DNA of 54,222 nt, filler included, from Sphacelaria rigidula (taxonomy: Eukaryota), in NCBI GenBank assembly GCA_964200075.2. It is 5 parts of 5 records of this genome, joined end to end, with 100 filler letters (N's around TTAATTAATTAA, not from the genome) between each part and the next. Parts side by side here need not be neighbours in the genome. Positions count along the whole stretch, not along the records: positions 32,595 to 43,358 come from CAXNAA020005958.1; positions 43,459 to 54,222 come from CAXNAA020005959.1; 3 more parts are not named here. One strand, 5' to 3'. A program made the translations under genes and the position numbers. This document shows, one piece after another, positions 35,666 through 49,557 of the stretch (position 1 is its first letter; each line of letters begins with the position of its first letter). The notes beneath the pieces were generated by a model that was not told where the DNA came from, made no database searches, and saw only the letters and a program-made list of their open reading frames with translations.

Positions 35666-38600
35666 AAGGTGAGATGATGACAGAACAAAACAACTACGCC
35701 CCGTTCGGCCGGTAATTAGCGTGGTGCCTACGCGAAGCCCAAACCTCTGTACAAATGTAGTTCTTCCCTCGTCAATCACCATCACATCGCCAACCCTCTC
35801 GTCACGACGTCGAAATATGCATGCAGTTCACCACTGCCTCTCGAGAAACACGGGATGGGCGCACGGAGCACGGAAGGTCAACGAACGACCACGACAGGAC
35901 TATACAAGAACACGAACGTACACCTCCAACCCGCCGCACTCACAGTCGCCAGCAGCGGTGTACGCAACGCGATTGATGACACAGACGGTGGCGAAACCAC
36001 CATCCCCCGGTAGGCGCAAGCCACGCAATCTTCGATGAACGCCCGAAAGGAATCCGCTCGAACGCTTTCGGCGTTAGCGCGGGACAGTTTGACTTCTCCA
36101 GCGACCTGATGAATTAAGAAAGAGCGATTCGTCGATCAACATACCAACCGTGGGAAGCAGTTGCTGAGCAATCGTATTATAGTCACAATAAGAACACGCG
36201 GGGTATCCGCGAGTCCTTGCGACTGACTCAAACACTCCACACCTTATCTAAAGCCACGCGCGCCGATCATTCCTCTCCTTCAAGCTCTTTTGGGACACAG
36301 GGAACGATAGAAGGAACATTTTACTGGCACATGTCTTCCGTAACCTCCGAAACGTCGCACCGTAGCACAACACAACGAGTTCCACGTCAATCGAAATGCT
36401 CGAAACGCCCACATGCGCCAGGAGTCGAAAGCTGCACAGCTAGGCTATGGCACGCATCACTTCATTGCAGGACACATCAGGGCGTCTAGTCTCGATAAAC
36501 AGATCCACATATTCGACGCCGCTGTATCGCATCGCGCATGAGAATGCCGTTCGTTACATAAAACACCCGCACGAAGTACGGGTTTTATTTCGCTCTCCTG
36601 TCACACCCGAGGGTATTATACAAGAGCCAACATCGACACCAAAATAAGAACGCTTCCTCATCTTGCGTAGCGACCGCAGTCTCCGTCGGCCTCTCCTACC
36701 GTTACTTGTCCCATGCGTTGTTTTGAATACACTCGATACTTGCGAGGAACGTTCCTATAGGCAAAGGGGAGCTGTCCAAGAGTGCCTTACTGCTCGCACA
36801 TTTCGCATCGTATGCGAGCGCATCATGATGCGGAATGATACAGCAGGGTAATCGGCCGTTGCTGGCGCAGACGCCACTCCGTTACACGGGAGGCCGCGAT
36901 TAATGTAGACTATAGAGCATGACACCTTCCTATGATTTGTTCCCGAGTAGGATTGTTTCTCGATTCCGAACACCCCGCACTCCCTAACCTTCGCGTTTCC
37001 TGGGAGGTCCCGTGTGATTTCCTCCCAGGCGACGGAAACCGCCGAGGGTGTGGCCGTGACAGGTTTCGAGTAGATGGAGGTTGATGCACAAGTACAAATC
37101 AGTTTCAGAGTGCTACAAAAAATCATATCGCATCGGAAGGGGGGAGGGAGGTTATACTCCGTCACCTGCAGCACGCTGTAATGGAGAAGGTGAGAGGCGG
37201 GATCAAACGACGGAGCAGCGTTTCCAGTGGACCATTGTGGATATTTCCCTCAAGAGCACCTTCTTTCCACAAATCACCACGTTCGCCCCATCCCGCCCCG
37301 ACAAATGCTTGCCAGCGCACGGTACGTACGTGCGCTCCTCTGCTCATCCCGTACACAATTTCGTTCGTACTCGCTACTATTTGTGTCCTTCAGATTTCTG
37401 TATGTTTCATCACTTCTGTAGTCTCCTTCTCCTCTGTTTTCTCTTTTTTCCGTTCCCCATCTCTTTGTCTCCATGCGTGGTTAGGGTTCCCAACCGGTGT
37501 ATACAACAAGTAGCGGTGTGGTGCCTCGCTTCCGTAGGGTTCAGGATGGGAACTTCATACCCACAATGGTGAGGTCAAAATAGATGCCCTAATCTGTTCC
37601 CACGTTGTTATCGTTTTTCGATTGAGTACAGGTATCAGTGTGCGCTTTTGCGCAAGACCTTGTCCATCGAAACCATGGTGCAGAGGACGACCATTTCTCG
37701 TTTTCCTTTTTTTTCCCACGACTCGTCTCGTCATCAAGAGCTGGGGAGCTGGTCAAAGATGTATTGCTGCTAGGAAACGCATCGGGATGCATCGGGATCC
37801 AGGCGACAATTCCGTCATGAAAATCCCACCACGAACAGCAAGGCACGATGACGGAGAGGCCACACGAGTCAACTGCACGGACCGTGAGACCGACGTACGC
37901 GGCAAATGTTTGTCGGACGGAGGAACGTACAGGGTTCTTTGCCTCAACAGCTCTATTGTGACAAACCCCCCAGTACATTCCTTCGTTCGACAAACCTTTT
38001 CCGGCGTATGTCGGTCCCACTACCCCTGCAATTGACACGTGTCGCCTCTCTCTCGTCGGGTCTTGGCGACCTTGCTTGCCATCGTGATCAAAACGCATCA
38101 CATGCCACCTGCAGCACTCTATCCGCCCACGTGCGCTCTGTAGCATATCGATATCGTGTACCGAGCACTTTTTCTTTTCCATTCGACTGGCTCTTGTGGA
38201 CAGCACCACGTTCGAATAGTGCAACGGGAAACACTTGTGTGGGCATGGCTATCGTATTCACCCCGCGTGCGAATGTTATGGTCGGTCATAACTTGTGCAG
38301 GCATCTCATACGTTAGGTGAAAAGATCCACACTAAAGTGGGAACACGCGTCGAAAGCAACAGATGCTAGCTTGTAATGCTGCTGACAAATGCCCAACACG
38401 ATATCATATTATGCCCGACATTTGTTTTCAGCTGCGCACGTCACATGCCGACCCGGGAAACGATTACTATCAAATCACCAGTTTCGTCTGGCCACATGTC
38501 GAGAAGTCATCTGTACTGCGCAGCACAAAACCACGCGGCAGCACTAAGGCTGATCAATTCATGTTGCACATACAGTAGGTGGCTTTACGCCATCTAACCG

Positions 38601-40404
38601 CACGATCTAAAACTGCCGTTCGCCGGAATGAGCTCGGTGAGCAGGTGGGAACGAAAGGGGGATCTGCAAGACGATGGGGGTAGAAAAGAAGAGGCAGGGC
38701 CCGCTGAGAGGGTCCGTTGTCGAAACAGACAGAGCCTCTTCGATTCAGCTCCTCAAAGATACCACCTCATCCCCACCACCTTATCAGCTTCATCCAACAG
38801 GCCTCGACGACATCTAAACGCACCAAATTGCCATCGTAATAGCAATATTGTCAGAGTCACATTTCCCTTCAACCCCGACCACTCACCGGAGCCAGAGTGC
38901 GGCAGCTACCACGCGAAGCGGCGAGGTCGGCGGCGAGATTTTCCGGTGGTGCCAGCACTCGCTCCACCACTCCCAGCGTTCCCGCAGCCTCGCCCACCTG
39001 CACCACGTCACCATCGCTGCAGGCCGAGAAAAAGGGAGGCAAGCATAGAGAGCAAAACAGAAGCGATTCCGGGAAATTTTGCAGGTCAAGACACGCCGAA
39101 GGGTAGCATCTGCAATTCACCTTCATCTTCTGGGGAAGGGACGAGATATTCCGCCGCTCATTTCGGGGTATTAGAGTTCTTACTTGTATAGTGTTTGCAT
39201 ATCGTTGTGCCGTAATCTGTATCCTCGCAACCCGCAAGCCGTTACTCACCCCGAAACTTGGAATCGACTCTCTTGTACATCGATCGTTCCCCGCTTGGCA
39301 ATGGGAGAAGGGCGATGTGAGTACTTCCAACCCGTAAGCACGGTTAGCAGCATAACGGGTAAGGTTCACCCCATGCCCGACGACCGGGTAGGCCCACTCC
39401 TATGGGTGTGTCGGTATGTTTTGGTGCACGAGAGTCAACTCCGGACATCGGTGTGTGTTACGAATTACATGTCATGAAGTATGTGGGCTATGTATGTCTC
39501 AGCGGAGTATAAACACAAAACTATCGCGGCGGGGCAATTTGGATACTAACATAAAAATGTAACTTTGGAGACAAGTACCCGCATCACTCAACTTATGGTC
39601 GAACGACTAGATATGCAATGAGCACGCCGAATGCAAGGCGGAAGTCTTGATACTGATGTTATCTTCACGCAAAATGGCAACGTGTATATAACACGGGTTG
39701 TTTTTGACGCAGAGTAGGTACCTCGTGAACATCCAACCCCGGAAATCGAAAACTTGCATAATCAAAGTGACGTAATATTGTCATGACTTTCGTGAGGGTT
39801 GGATCAAAGTAAGCGCAGGTTGACCAACGGATCTCGATCACACTACTTGAAATTGGACCACCAGCCGGGTCCACGACGATATTTGGCCTAACCACGGGTA
39901 TGTATAATATATTCTTGCTGCTGTCGAGAAAAGCTCAGAGCATCACTCTACGGTATCCACATTGGCGAACAATATCAACAACGGCCCATATCCTGTTCTT
40001 CCAGGGCCGCGTCGGCTTGTTCGTCCACCTTTAATCCCAACTTTTGGTGAGAAACAGATACTACGGTGCGTTAACACAAACCCCTGCCAAAGTATCATTC
40101 CCAAATTCATTTGGAGCCAGGTACTGACGTACCGGTCGTCGGAGACTCTACCCTACCATCAGACTCAGGTGTTGACTCTCCACCATTTCTGGTTGATCGA
40201 TAACGTCCCGATTGTTACTGCGAACAATTCTGTGCAACAGATCATCTAGCTTAAGCAATTCCTTGCAGAACAGCTGATAAATCACGATTTCCCCATGCCC
40301 TTGCATCGAGTTCAAGAGGGTGCTATTCACCGTACCTTGGGCAAAAGCACGACTACTCGGCTGTAGCGCAACGAGGTCATGCAAAAAAAATAAGCGCTGA
40401 GAGT

Positions 40405-40743
40405 GATCATGACCTACACAGGAGGGGGGCGCCGTCAGCGGCGCGGGTGGTATGCCGCGTAAAAGCTACATACGTTGGAACATCAATGTAACGTGCGGTT
40501 GTTGTGGCTCACGATTCGGGGGTTGCAGGAAGTAACTCTTTGTGTGCCAGACGATCTCATCCAGCAGCTGGTGAAGAGGCGGGAAAGCTTGGCTGGAGCC
40601 AAGGATGATCATGATCTACACACGGGGGTGCTGTCAGCGGCACCGGTGGTATACCGCGTAATAGCTACAGGCGTTGGAATATCCATTGTAGCGCATGGCT
40701 GTTGTGGCTCACGATTAGGGAGTGTAAGGAAGCAGTCTCTTTG
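40405..40743. repeat. Diverged tandem duplication, ~140-bp units at ~200-bp spacing
   Basis: GATCATGA.CTACACA...GTCAGCGGC...GGTGGTAT.CCGCGTAA.AGCTACA..CGTTGGAA...GTTGTGGCTCACGATT occurs twice. Confidence 0.8.
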
Positions 40744-40946
40744 AATATATTGTCATTTTTCGAGTCCCTTGCAGCTGCACAACTTGAAATGAAACAATAT
40801 CGGGCGAGAAAAGGAATGTGACCCACCTCTTGTCCTGTACAACATTCCACTGGATCCACTCCGAGATTATGTTTGAAAATGAGTTTAAACGTCAGGCTGA
40901 GGTTCAACTCGACAACAAATGCAGGCGCGACAAATGCCTTTCGTAT

Positions 40947-41242
40947 TCACGACTTCATGCCCCCCGACGTCCCTGAGATTATTTTGGGGGATTTCACGCC
41001 TTCCGTTTTCCCAGAGTGTATGTGCTGAAGCATCGTTTTCGGGCTTAAAGCGTCCCTGTGTTCACCCCCAAAATCGAGGCTGAAAGGTGCTTTCGCGCAT
41101 AGCCGTTGGGGGAACGGAAGACGGGAAATCCACAAAAACCTTTTTCAGGGAGGTCGGGCGACATGAGGTCGTCCATACGGAAGTCATTTGTCATGATTTT
41201 AGGTCAGAAGGAGGCAATGTTTCGGATTTGGACTTCATCTTC
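40947..41242 (+). repeat. Dispersed MITE-like repeat shared with 48692-49013
   Basis: Shared GGTGCTTTCGC.CATA.C.TTGGGG.AACGGAAGACG...GGAGGTCGGG...TCGTCCAT...AAGTC...TGTCATG. Confidence 0.65.
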
Positions 41243-43358
41243 AATGATCAATATCATTTTCGAAGATAATATGTCCACTGCTTTCAATTGATTCCAAGTG
41301 TGTTCTCGGCGCTAGTGTTGATATATGCCGTCTGTTTGTCCGGATAGACTGGCGACAACGCACTACAAATGGTGATGCCCACAACCTTGAAAGTGCCGGT
41401 ATCACCTGTGGTGGCTACTGGGGCGTGTCACCATCCGCATCATGGAACGCAGCCGGCTGTTCTCTTGCCGGACTCGTGTTAGAGCAACCTCCCGTGGCGC
41501 CATCTCGGCTTTGTGCTGCTGTTGCTTGCTCGACAAAACCTCCTGCAGCTCTCGCTTTCTCGCCTGTCGTTCAGGATCAGCAACGTAGCCAAAGGTAGCA
41601 TATTCGATATCATGAGGCGAGAGAGACTGTACACCTAGCATTACAACGTAATGAATAGGACATGTCCCAAGCAGGCCGAAATGGATATCCTGCGAGGCAG
41701 CGACAGCAATGACTGAACACAAGCACTGAATGCATAGGCTGTGGCGGAATATTAAGGATCAGATCGCGCTGATACGAGATGACAAGAGAACGAACACTGT
41801 TTTGACGATTTTGCTGAAGATAGATTCCGGTTGAAGCTACAACGAAAAAAAACATCCTACAACGAAAAGAGACGCCTGGCCCGTGCCCAATCACACGCTA
41901 CACATCGAAGATCAATGTTTGGTCGGTCGCTCAAACAACTTCGTGCTGTCACATTCTTTGCGATGCACTATACTGCGCGATGCATGTCTCCCTTAAACTT
42001 CCATAGCACACCGAAAAAAACGTTGCTTGCATCACATTCAGCGCCTTGTGATCGAACTGTGGTTGATGGGTTGTTCCCATAACGCGGTACACTCTTGCCA
42101 AGCTCGAAGTATTTCACGAACGTCGAGAGATAAGGGCGTGTATCCAAACATTGATCCAACGACAAGAACTGCTGTGCTTCTCAGCAGAAGAGTTATTCAT
42201 TCTATTGAGCAATCCAGCGTTACTAGTGCCAGTTGCATACCCAAAAAGGGTCGATACGGTCGGAGGTGCTCCCAAGCACAAGATGAGCATCAGAACGGTC
42301 ACACTAACAAAAATAAACGTTTTGTTTGAACTCGAAATCAAACGAAGCATGTAGCTCTCTACATAGTACAATCGCACGCATGTATGTATTCGTTCAGGCA
42401 TGATAAAGGAATCCATCTTTTCGAGCACAAGATGGTCGGAACCAATTCAAGGCGAAGCCTCGCTCACGGTTAATGCTTCGTTCTTCGTACGCAGGGACGC
42501 TAACTCCTCTTGTAGTTCATCGTTCGCTTCTCGTTCTTCGTCGAACTTCCTCCGGAGATCTCTGCGTTCCTTTTCAACAGCGCCCTGCGGTGATTTACAG
42601 GTCTCGGCTGACGCGGCAGATGCTGTCGCCACGTACTCCAGCGTACTGGTCGATGTGGAGCGCTTGCTGCCGGTCATGGCGTCACTTGTGCTGCTACTCG
42701 TGCTGTCGTACTCTGTGCCCCTTACCTTCTCAGTCTGTGTCACCAAATAATGAAAACAATGCCGACACCATACAGTTGTTGGTTGAAGGGAAACTGAATC
42801 AAACGCGGAGCATATACATGGCGCGACGTCGGGAAGACACGGCTTGTATTCACCTGTTCGGGGTATGCTGCAAAACTTAACAGCGTTTGTAAAATGCGGA
42901 CCGAAAAAACGTGACACCCGGGGAAAGTAGAAACAGGCCAGCTCTACTGTAATGATCAGATATGTCTAGCTCTACCAAGCTGGATTTCCCAAATCGCTCC
43001 AGCGTCACCGAAAATCATCCCGCCCGCTCCCCTCATTTATTGACACAATACGCATGCAGACTTTGGTATCACTGCGAGGTAAGCGTGGACTTGAATCCGC
43101 AGACACCGAGTAGTATCCACATCTCGCGAGACACTGACGATACCTACTGATCACTATAAAGTGACTTTGGCGCGAATACTCATGAGAAATATGTCGTCTC
43201 CGGCACTGGCCTGAAGTATATTTGCATATATGTACATGTATATTTCTCGCCAGTGTCCGTGGGGACCCGAATCACGAGCGCAACTTGGGTTAGTGTCAAT
43301 TATCCGCGGTAAAATTCGACTTCACAGTCGACGAGGGAAAGGGACGGCTGAACCCCTC

Positions 43359-43458
43359 NNNNNNNNNNNNNNNNNNNNNNNNNNNNNNNNNNNNNNNNNN
43401 NNTTAATTAATTAANNNNNNNNNNNNNNNNNNNNNNNNNNNNNNNNNNNNNNNNNNNN
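43359..43458. other. Artificial scaffold linker
   Basis: 44N-TTAATTAATTAA-44N. Confidence 0.97.
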
Positions 43459-46400
43459 GGGGGGGGGGCTTGGCAGCGTCATGAGACGCCGTCCTAACCA
43501 GGTGCCTGCCCCACTCACCAGCACCGGATGTTTTATCCGATATGATATGCTACACCAGCTGTATAACAGAGGCCATGATTGATAGTGTTGCCATCGTCAC
43601 AGAGGCAATGAAGGAGCATGAATTGTACTGTTGTGGGGAGGTTGAGAGAGCAAAATGATAAAGATTCCATTCGCCTGCGTGACGAAACAGCAAGTATAGG
43701 CAAGATACTGTGAATAAAAAACATGGTGTGTTATTGTCCAGCTTGCTCGGCAGACCGAACTCTTGCTGCCTGCTGCTTGGGTTGGTGGAAGATCGGTGAG
43801 GATTGAGGAATCCAGCGCGGTGAAATTACATTTCCTGGAAAATTCTACATTACCCCTTGTACCACCTCCCCCGTTTGTAAAACCATACCCCCCCCGCCAC
43901 CTATTTCAACCATATGACTAATTATTTTTTCCGGTTTGTCGGTGCACATAACCCCTATTCGGTGAACCACTACCGTCAACCTCGTACCTAACCTCATTAC
44001 TCTACAGCGCCACCCCCGCATTGAGGTGAGATGATGTATATGGGAAGCTTGTACTGTCTACCAGTGCAAAGAAGTATTGGTTGGTTGCTTTCCTGTAATC
44101 TAGTCCTGTGTCGCTTGTCTTTCTTGTTCAGATCCCGGTACGTCAAGGACCGCCCGCGAGTGGTGAAGTGGGCACTTCCTTCGCATGTCTCCCCGTACAA
44201 AATGTTACCCATTCGGTTTTATTCTCATGGAAGGCAGGGAAGGTCGCCCGCGATTGTGTTCCAACATGCGTCCAGAATCTGAGGATCTCGATTGATTGCA
44301 TCCTGGTGGATGCTTGGTACCGCTTTGCGGTGCCTCCCTACCCCCGCGCTCAATCACCTGCTTTTGCTCTAAGAGGAAGTACTCCTCGGGTTGGGCAATC
44401 ATGGGAAGTGGCTAGTGAGATACTGCCTGTATCCCAACAAGGTTGCCTTGAGTGTGGAAATATCTTCGTACAAAAATCGAACAATCGAACGGAATGTCTT
44501 TATTTTCGACCTCCTCCTGAATACTGATGTCTTGTCGCAGACGTCTTTGCTGTTCGTTTTTTGGACATATAAGTTATCTGTGTACATGGTGAATCGAAGC
44601 GAAACAGGCTCGCTACGTGAAGGGCATCTTTCGCATGCTAGCGACATGACATGAATCAGTGCTTTGTGCATTTGCGGTATCCCTGCTCTTGGGTCTTGGT
44701 CTGGCTCCTCCCAGTCCCGGCGAAACACCCGAAGTTCATTCTGTTCCGGTAGTCGAATCTTCAGCGTCTAGAAATTGCACCCAATTTGCAGCTGCAGCCA
44801 TTGCCTTCAAGCGGCAGTTGTGCGACAAGCAGTGCGCACTGTTCCACGGACTCCGTGTTCGTGGACATGACCACTACCTCTGGAGGGGTCGGGAGGTGAA
44901 CATCGATGTTGCACAATTACCGCTCTGTACTGAAAAGCCTGCGTTTGTGCTGCCTTCTTTCTAGATAATGTTTTCGGCTGTGCCTCTTCAAAAATGAAGC
45001 CGTGGATGTGGAGTTTCAGTACGTCGCCTGGTGTCTTCGGGGGCGGCAGACCCCGCTGGCGCATCCAAGTCCCAACGGTACAATGCAGACGGTTGGCACT
45101 AGCTGGCACAAAAGTTTGCTCCTCCCTAGCGAATAGCTTGAGTCGCAACGCTCTGTTTCTTCCTCGCTATTCTTACACGGTACGATGCACACAAACACAC
45201 CCGCATGAATATATTGCACGTGCATTCTTCCTGTGCTCAGCGATAAACAGCCGTGTTCTGTCGGTCGAGCTTTGTCGGGCTTGTTTTTCATGGATGATAC
45301 GGACATTCGGACCCTCTGCGTTGCAGGTATTCAAAACACGAGTTCCCCTGTCTTATCAGAAGTAATTCAGAGTCAACCTTGACATCGAGACTAGGCCCCC
45401 TCTTGAATCGGCATCTTTTACTCGGTGAGATGATACATGATGCAGATGAGTCACCCTCGCGGTCAAGAGACTGGATACACATTGAGATACCTCGAGTTTG
45501 AGACATTGGACCTTACCATGTAGTGTCATTCTGAGTTCTTGACTCGCACATACTTGCCTTCAGGGGTGAAGGTCCCAAAACCCCGCGAAACTAGTCTTGT
45601 GGGTGTATGAAAAACTCGTGGTTGTCCGTATGTAACTGTAACTTTGCCGTTTTTGCTGAAGTTCCTACTCGCTGGTTCATCATTTTGATGTATGAAGCGG
45701 AATATTGATCAGATCCCATATATTTCACACAAGAATCAACCATGCGAAACACTCCCGCATTCGTAACGCCGATCAGTTTGTCCACAAGACCAGTTACACC
45801 CCTTGAGAGAGGTCACTCCAGGTTCGACCTGGGTTGACCTGCACATGGAATCCTAAGTGATTCGCTCCGCCCTCTCGAATGAGCGTATTCGAATTCCTCG
45901 TTCGTGATCTCTTTCTCATTCATGCACTCATTTGTGCAACTGCACTCCCGTCTACATCTATATTCTGGAACATGGGAGTTCTAGTGCGTGAAATTTCAAC
46001 CTTCGTTTTCCTTGTTTCGGTGTGTTGTTTCCCCCGAAAATTGTGTGTCGAGATAAAAAGCTCATTTGTTTTGCGATGGGTACGGCGCTACACTGAGATG
46101 TACCACTCTTGGAAGCACCTTAGTGCTGCGCTATGCACCCGTACATGTTGTTGGCAATTGTCCGGCAGATATCGTATATCGTGTTCGTACTGTACACAGT
46201 GTACCACGGTTCAGGTCCGCACATGCATTCGTGGAGCAACTCTTGGTTGCAGCATGTATTGTCGTTCACACGAAAAAACTGCTCAGGCCCAGGGCATGTT
46301 ACAACCGGATTAGCCTCGAGAATCAATCACGAACACACGCGATCGTGGCGATGAGCAGCAGTGCCTTATTCCCCCCCCTCCCTCCCCGCCGCTCTTATGC

Positions 46401-48147
46401 GGTGGCGTTAGGCTCCGAGAACTGTAGTTGAAGCGAGGTTACTTGACTTCAGATTTGAACTCATGTGTCAACGGCGAGAACGAAGCGGACCCTAGGCCCC
46501 GAGCAGGCGCCTCGTCTTGATCGTTCTGATCCTCTGGTGCGTCATTGATCACAAACCCACCGAACGAACAAGGCATATACAAACGGTGCACGATGAAAGC
46601 GACAGAACGAGCTGTTTACAACCAAATCGCGATGCTGGCCAAGGTGTTGCCACTGTTTCCTCACCACCAACTGTTGCTGTTGACCACATGGAAGCAGGTG
46701 ACACACATTCGGTTCGGGCACATTTCTGCTGTCATCTGGGATGCAGACCGTCACATTCGGATCTTGAAATGGCTCTAGTCCCAAGCGCCCCCCGAGCTGG
46801 TGCGCAGCGTGTGCCGCACACCAAGTGGGCCAAACCAAAGCGCACTTTGCCTACAAAACTATCATGTTCCCTCCTCGCTCGAAGATCCAACGTCCTCCGT
46901 GGGCTGGGGTTGGGCTTACCTTTACTATTCGACAAAAACGATGCGGGTAATAATTGGAACTCGGAGCGGAACGGGAACACGTCATCATATTATGTCGGAT
47001 AATATTTCGTTTCGGGTATCACTGATCGTCCTTACTTGGTTCGCCTCCGTCGACCCGATATACAGGGTACTCGTGCGGGACCTGATACAGCGTACAGCAC
47101 TCGTCGTTTGCGAGCAGTGAAGGCGTACGGCAGCACTCCCTCCGATCAAATATTTGCAACTCTTGTCTGGTCCACTGTCGTGTATGTTGATCGTGTCGTC
47201 CGCACCCAAAAAATGACTCCGTTCTCCCTTCCATCTCTTGTCCTCGCGTATGCCGTCGTCCTACAAATGTAACGCTTCAAATGTTCCGGCGCCTGGGAGC
47301 AGACCACAAGCTACTCCTGCCACCGAAGATCAGTAATTTCAACTGTTTCAGCCCTCAAGGTGAGGATAGCGTGTTCGTGTTCCCCCGGTGGAGGGAGGGA
47401 GAGGAGGGGAGAGGAGGGGGGTCGAGAACACATGAAAATTCAAGTATGACTTGAGACAAGGAAAACCCTCGTGTCGGTCTTCCCCCTGTGTGGCCCTGAC
47501 TGAAATGCCTACATCTACTGACAGGGGCCGACAGGCGCGTCCAGGACACATGAGACGTCAAAACATGTGCAGAGGAATTGGTTTATGCGGATTGGATATG
47601 AATCCTCTCCCTTCACAGATATGTCGATCATCGGACCCCATAGGTCTCGAATCGGAGTCCACACGTGGCTGGCTAACGATGGCGAAGAGAATGAGGAGGG
47701 AAGGGCCAAGTGCTCCCGTCATTCCGGAGGAAGTTCACAGTACAGTCAACATGTCAATGTCTCAGCTGAGTAGCGCACTCGACGTTGGTGTCTTTATGCC
47801 CTCATCAACAGGGTTTACTTTTCATTTATTTTCATCAGTTTTCATCAGTGAATTTTGTCCATTTATGAACGAAATTAGATGAAAGGGGTGAAGAGCATCG
47901 ACTATGGGTTAAAATGGATGAAAAAGGATGAAGACTCACTCCCGTTCATCAAGTATATTACGCGCGACTGAGAGGATGCCCAGCAATCAGTCGTCTTCAA
48001 GTACTCCTGGGCGATGCCATGACATTGCAGCGTATACTACTTGAAAGGGGAGGGTCGGAGGAGGCCAAGTCGAGCGAAGGATGTGCTAGGCATCATATTT
48101 GATATCAGCGTATCGTTGGTGGTGGTAATTATCTATCACACGTAATA

Positions 48148-48415
48148 CAGCTCATAAGCTAGTTCTTCTGGGGGCGGTAGCCCACTTGTAGTCAAACATG
48201 TACATGTGAGCTACGTCCGATAGCCCAACACAAGCCAAACGTGCGCTGATGAGCTACGAGTTGGTAGCTCACCCAAGAAAAATATGTGTAGCTCATGCAG
48301 CAGCTCTCATAGCTCACCCAGGGTGAGGGCAAACATGCGTAAGCTCACACAGCTCTCATAGCTCACCAGGGAGCTACGCTTGAAAAGAGCTAGCTCGAGC
48401 TATGGGGAGCTGATC
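48148..48415. repeat. AGCT-motif-rich low-complexity tract
   Basis: Numerous AGCT(C) motifs, including a repeated CAGCTCTCATAGCTCACC. Confidence 0.6.
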
Positions 48416-48691
48416 TGTCCGATGTAATCTATGCAAACGAACGAGCAGCCCAGTGTGAGGCTAGTCTACCGGCGTTGGGCTGCAAATGTTCATGGTTGCC
48501 ACATTTCTACTGGGAACCAGTATTTACTACTTGGCGCTTTGTCGTTCCCCAATCTGTCCTTACGGGATGTAGTGTCGTGTGTGATGAATACAAAGGCACA
48601 CGTGCTCATACACCACGTTCGACATTCGATAGCTTATCCTCGAGAGTGAGGTTGAACAGACGGGAAATGAGTTTCAGCTCCTAAACAGCAA

Positions 48692-49013
48692 GTCATGACA
48701 CACGACTTTCATGTGGACGACATCGTGCCCCCTCATCTTCCTCCTTGAACACATTTTGGGAAGTTTTTCGTCATCAGTCCCCGGAAAGGTGAACTGAAAA
48801 GTTCCCTTTTTGCCCCTCAATTTCGAGGTGGAGAAAGGGAAGCTTTTTAGCCAGAAAATGGTGCTTTCGCACATACCTTTTGGGGAAACGGAAGACGAAA
48901 AGTCCCCAGTAATAGTTTTCCGGAGGTCGGGAGGCGTAAGCTCGTCCATGTGAAAGTCGCTTGTCATGGCTCACGGTCAGGGAGGGCACTGTCTCGAAGT
49001 TGAAGCCAAATTC
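48692..49013 (+). mobile_element. MITE-like element with ~30-bp inverted repeats
   Basis: GTCATGACACACGACTTTCATGTGGACGA mirrored at 48941-48970; homologue at 40947-41242. Confidence 0.65.
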
Positions 49014-49084
49014 AAACGTTGAACCACACGTTCAAAGATTATCCTTTGTTCGATCGCGGCGATAACCCCCTCCCTCCCCCCCAT

Positions 49085-49557
49085 CTCCGCGCCGTAAAAC
49101 ACGCCACTCACTGCGTAAACTAGGCAACCAGGTTACTGATTTGTTTTGCGCGCTTGCTTTTTTTTGCGGTAACCATGGTGCCGGTCGAGCTAGATCCTGT
49201 TCTGCGGCGTGGGAGAACCCCAACCCCGCGCAAAGGGTATGATCGTTGCGTTTGAATGGTGGGACATCATTAGCCAGGGTGTCACCCGTGGCTGTCTCTG
49301 GAAGTGGCGATACCAGAAAATGAAGCAATTCATTGGAGGCTGTTATCCAAATGGAAGACAATCAGTAGATTTCGGGCCGAACAATCTTTGCAGGATGGAG
49401 CTCATCCTCCCCGCGACTCCCCAAGCACACCACGGTTTTGCGCTTGGTGACTGATCGCGAGCCTGGTACGGCGAAAACCCGGCGTGCTCCGTTTCGGCCT
49501 TGTAGGGATGCGAGATCATTGGTTACATGACTACGGCATGCAAGATCATGAGCACAC
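49085..49557 (+). mobile_element. LINE family B, long 3' fragment
   Basis: Aligns along its length with 51140-51573; ends CATGAGCAC; preceded by a C-run. Confidence 0.65.

Larger units (their letters stand above)
33480..42917 (-). pseudogene. Long decayed, apparently spliced coding-like region of unknown identity
   Basis: Many minus-strand ORF fragments broken by stops. Exon-like unit at 38887-39016 (pyrimidine tract-CAG...GTGAGT), further acceptors near 33898, 35900 and 38663, a donor at 39249, and coiled-coil-like EKERRDLRRKFDEEREANDELQEELASLR. Confidence 0.35.

Noticed and set aside
48148..48415. CRISPR-like array
   Set aside because: Motifs are short and irregularly spaced with no constant repeat-spacer period; eukaryotic context and no cas genes
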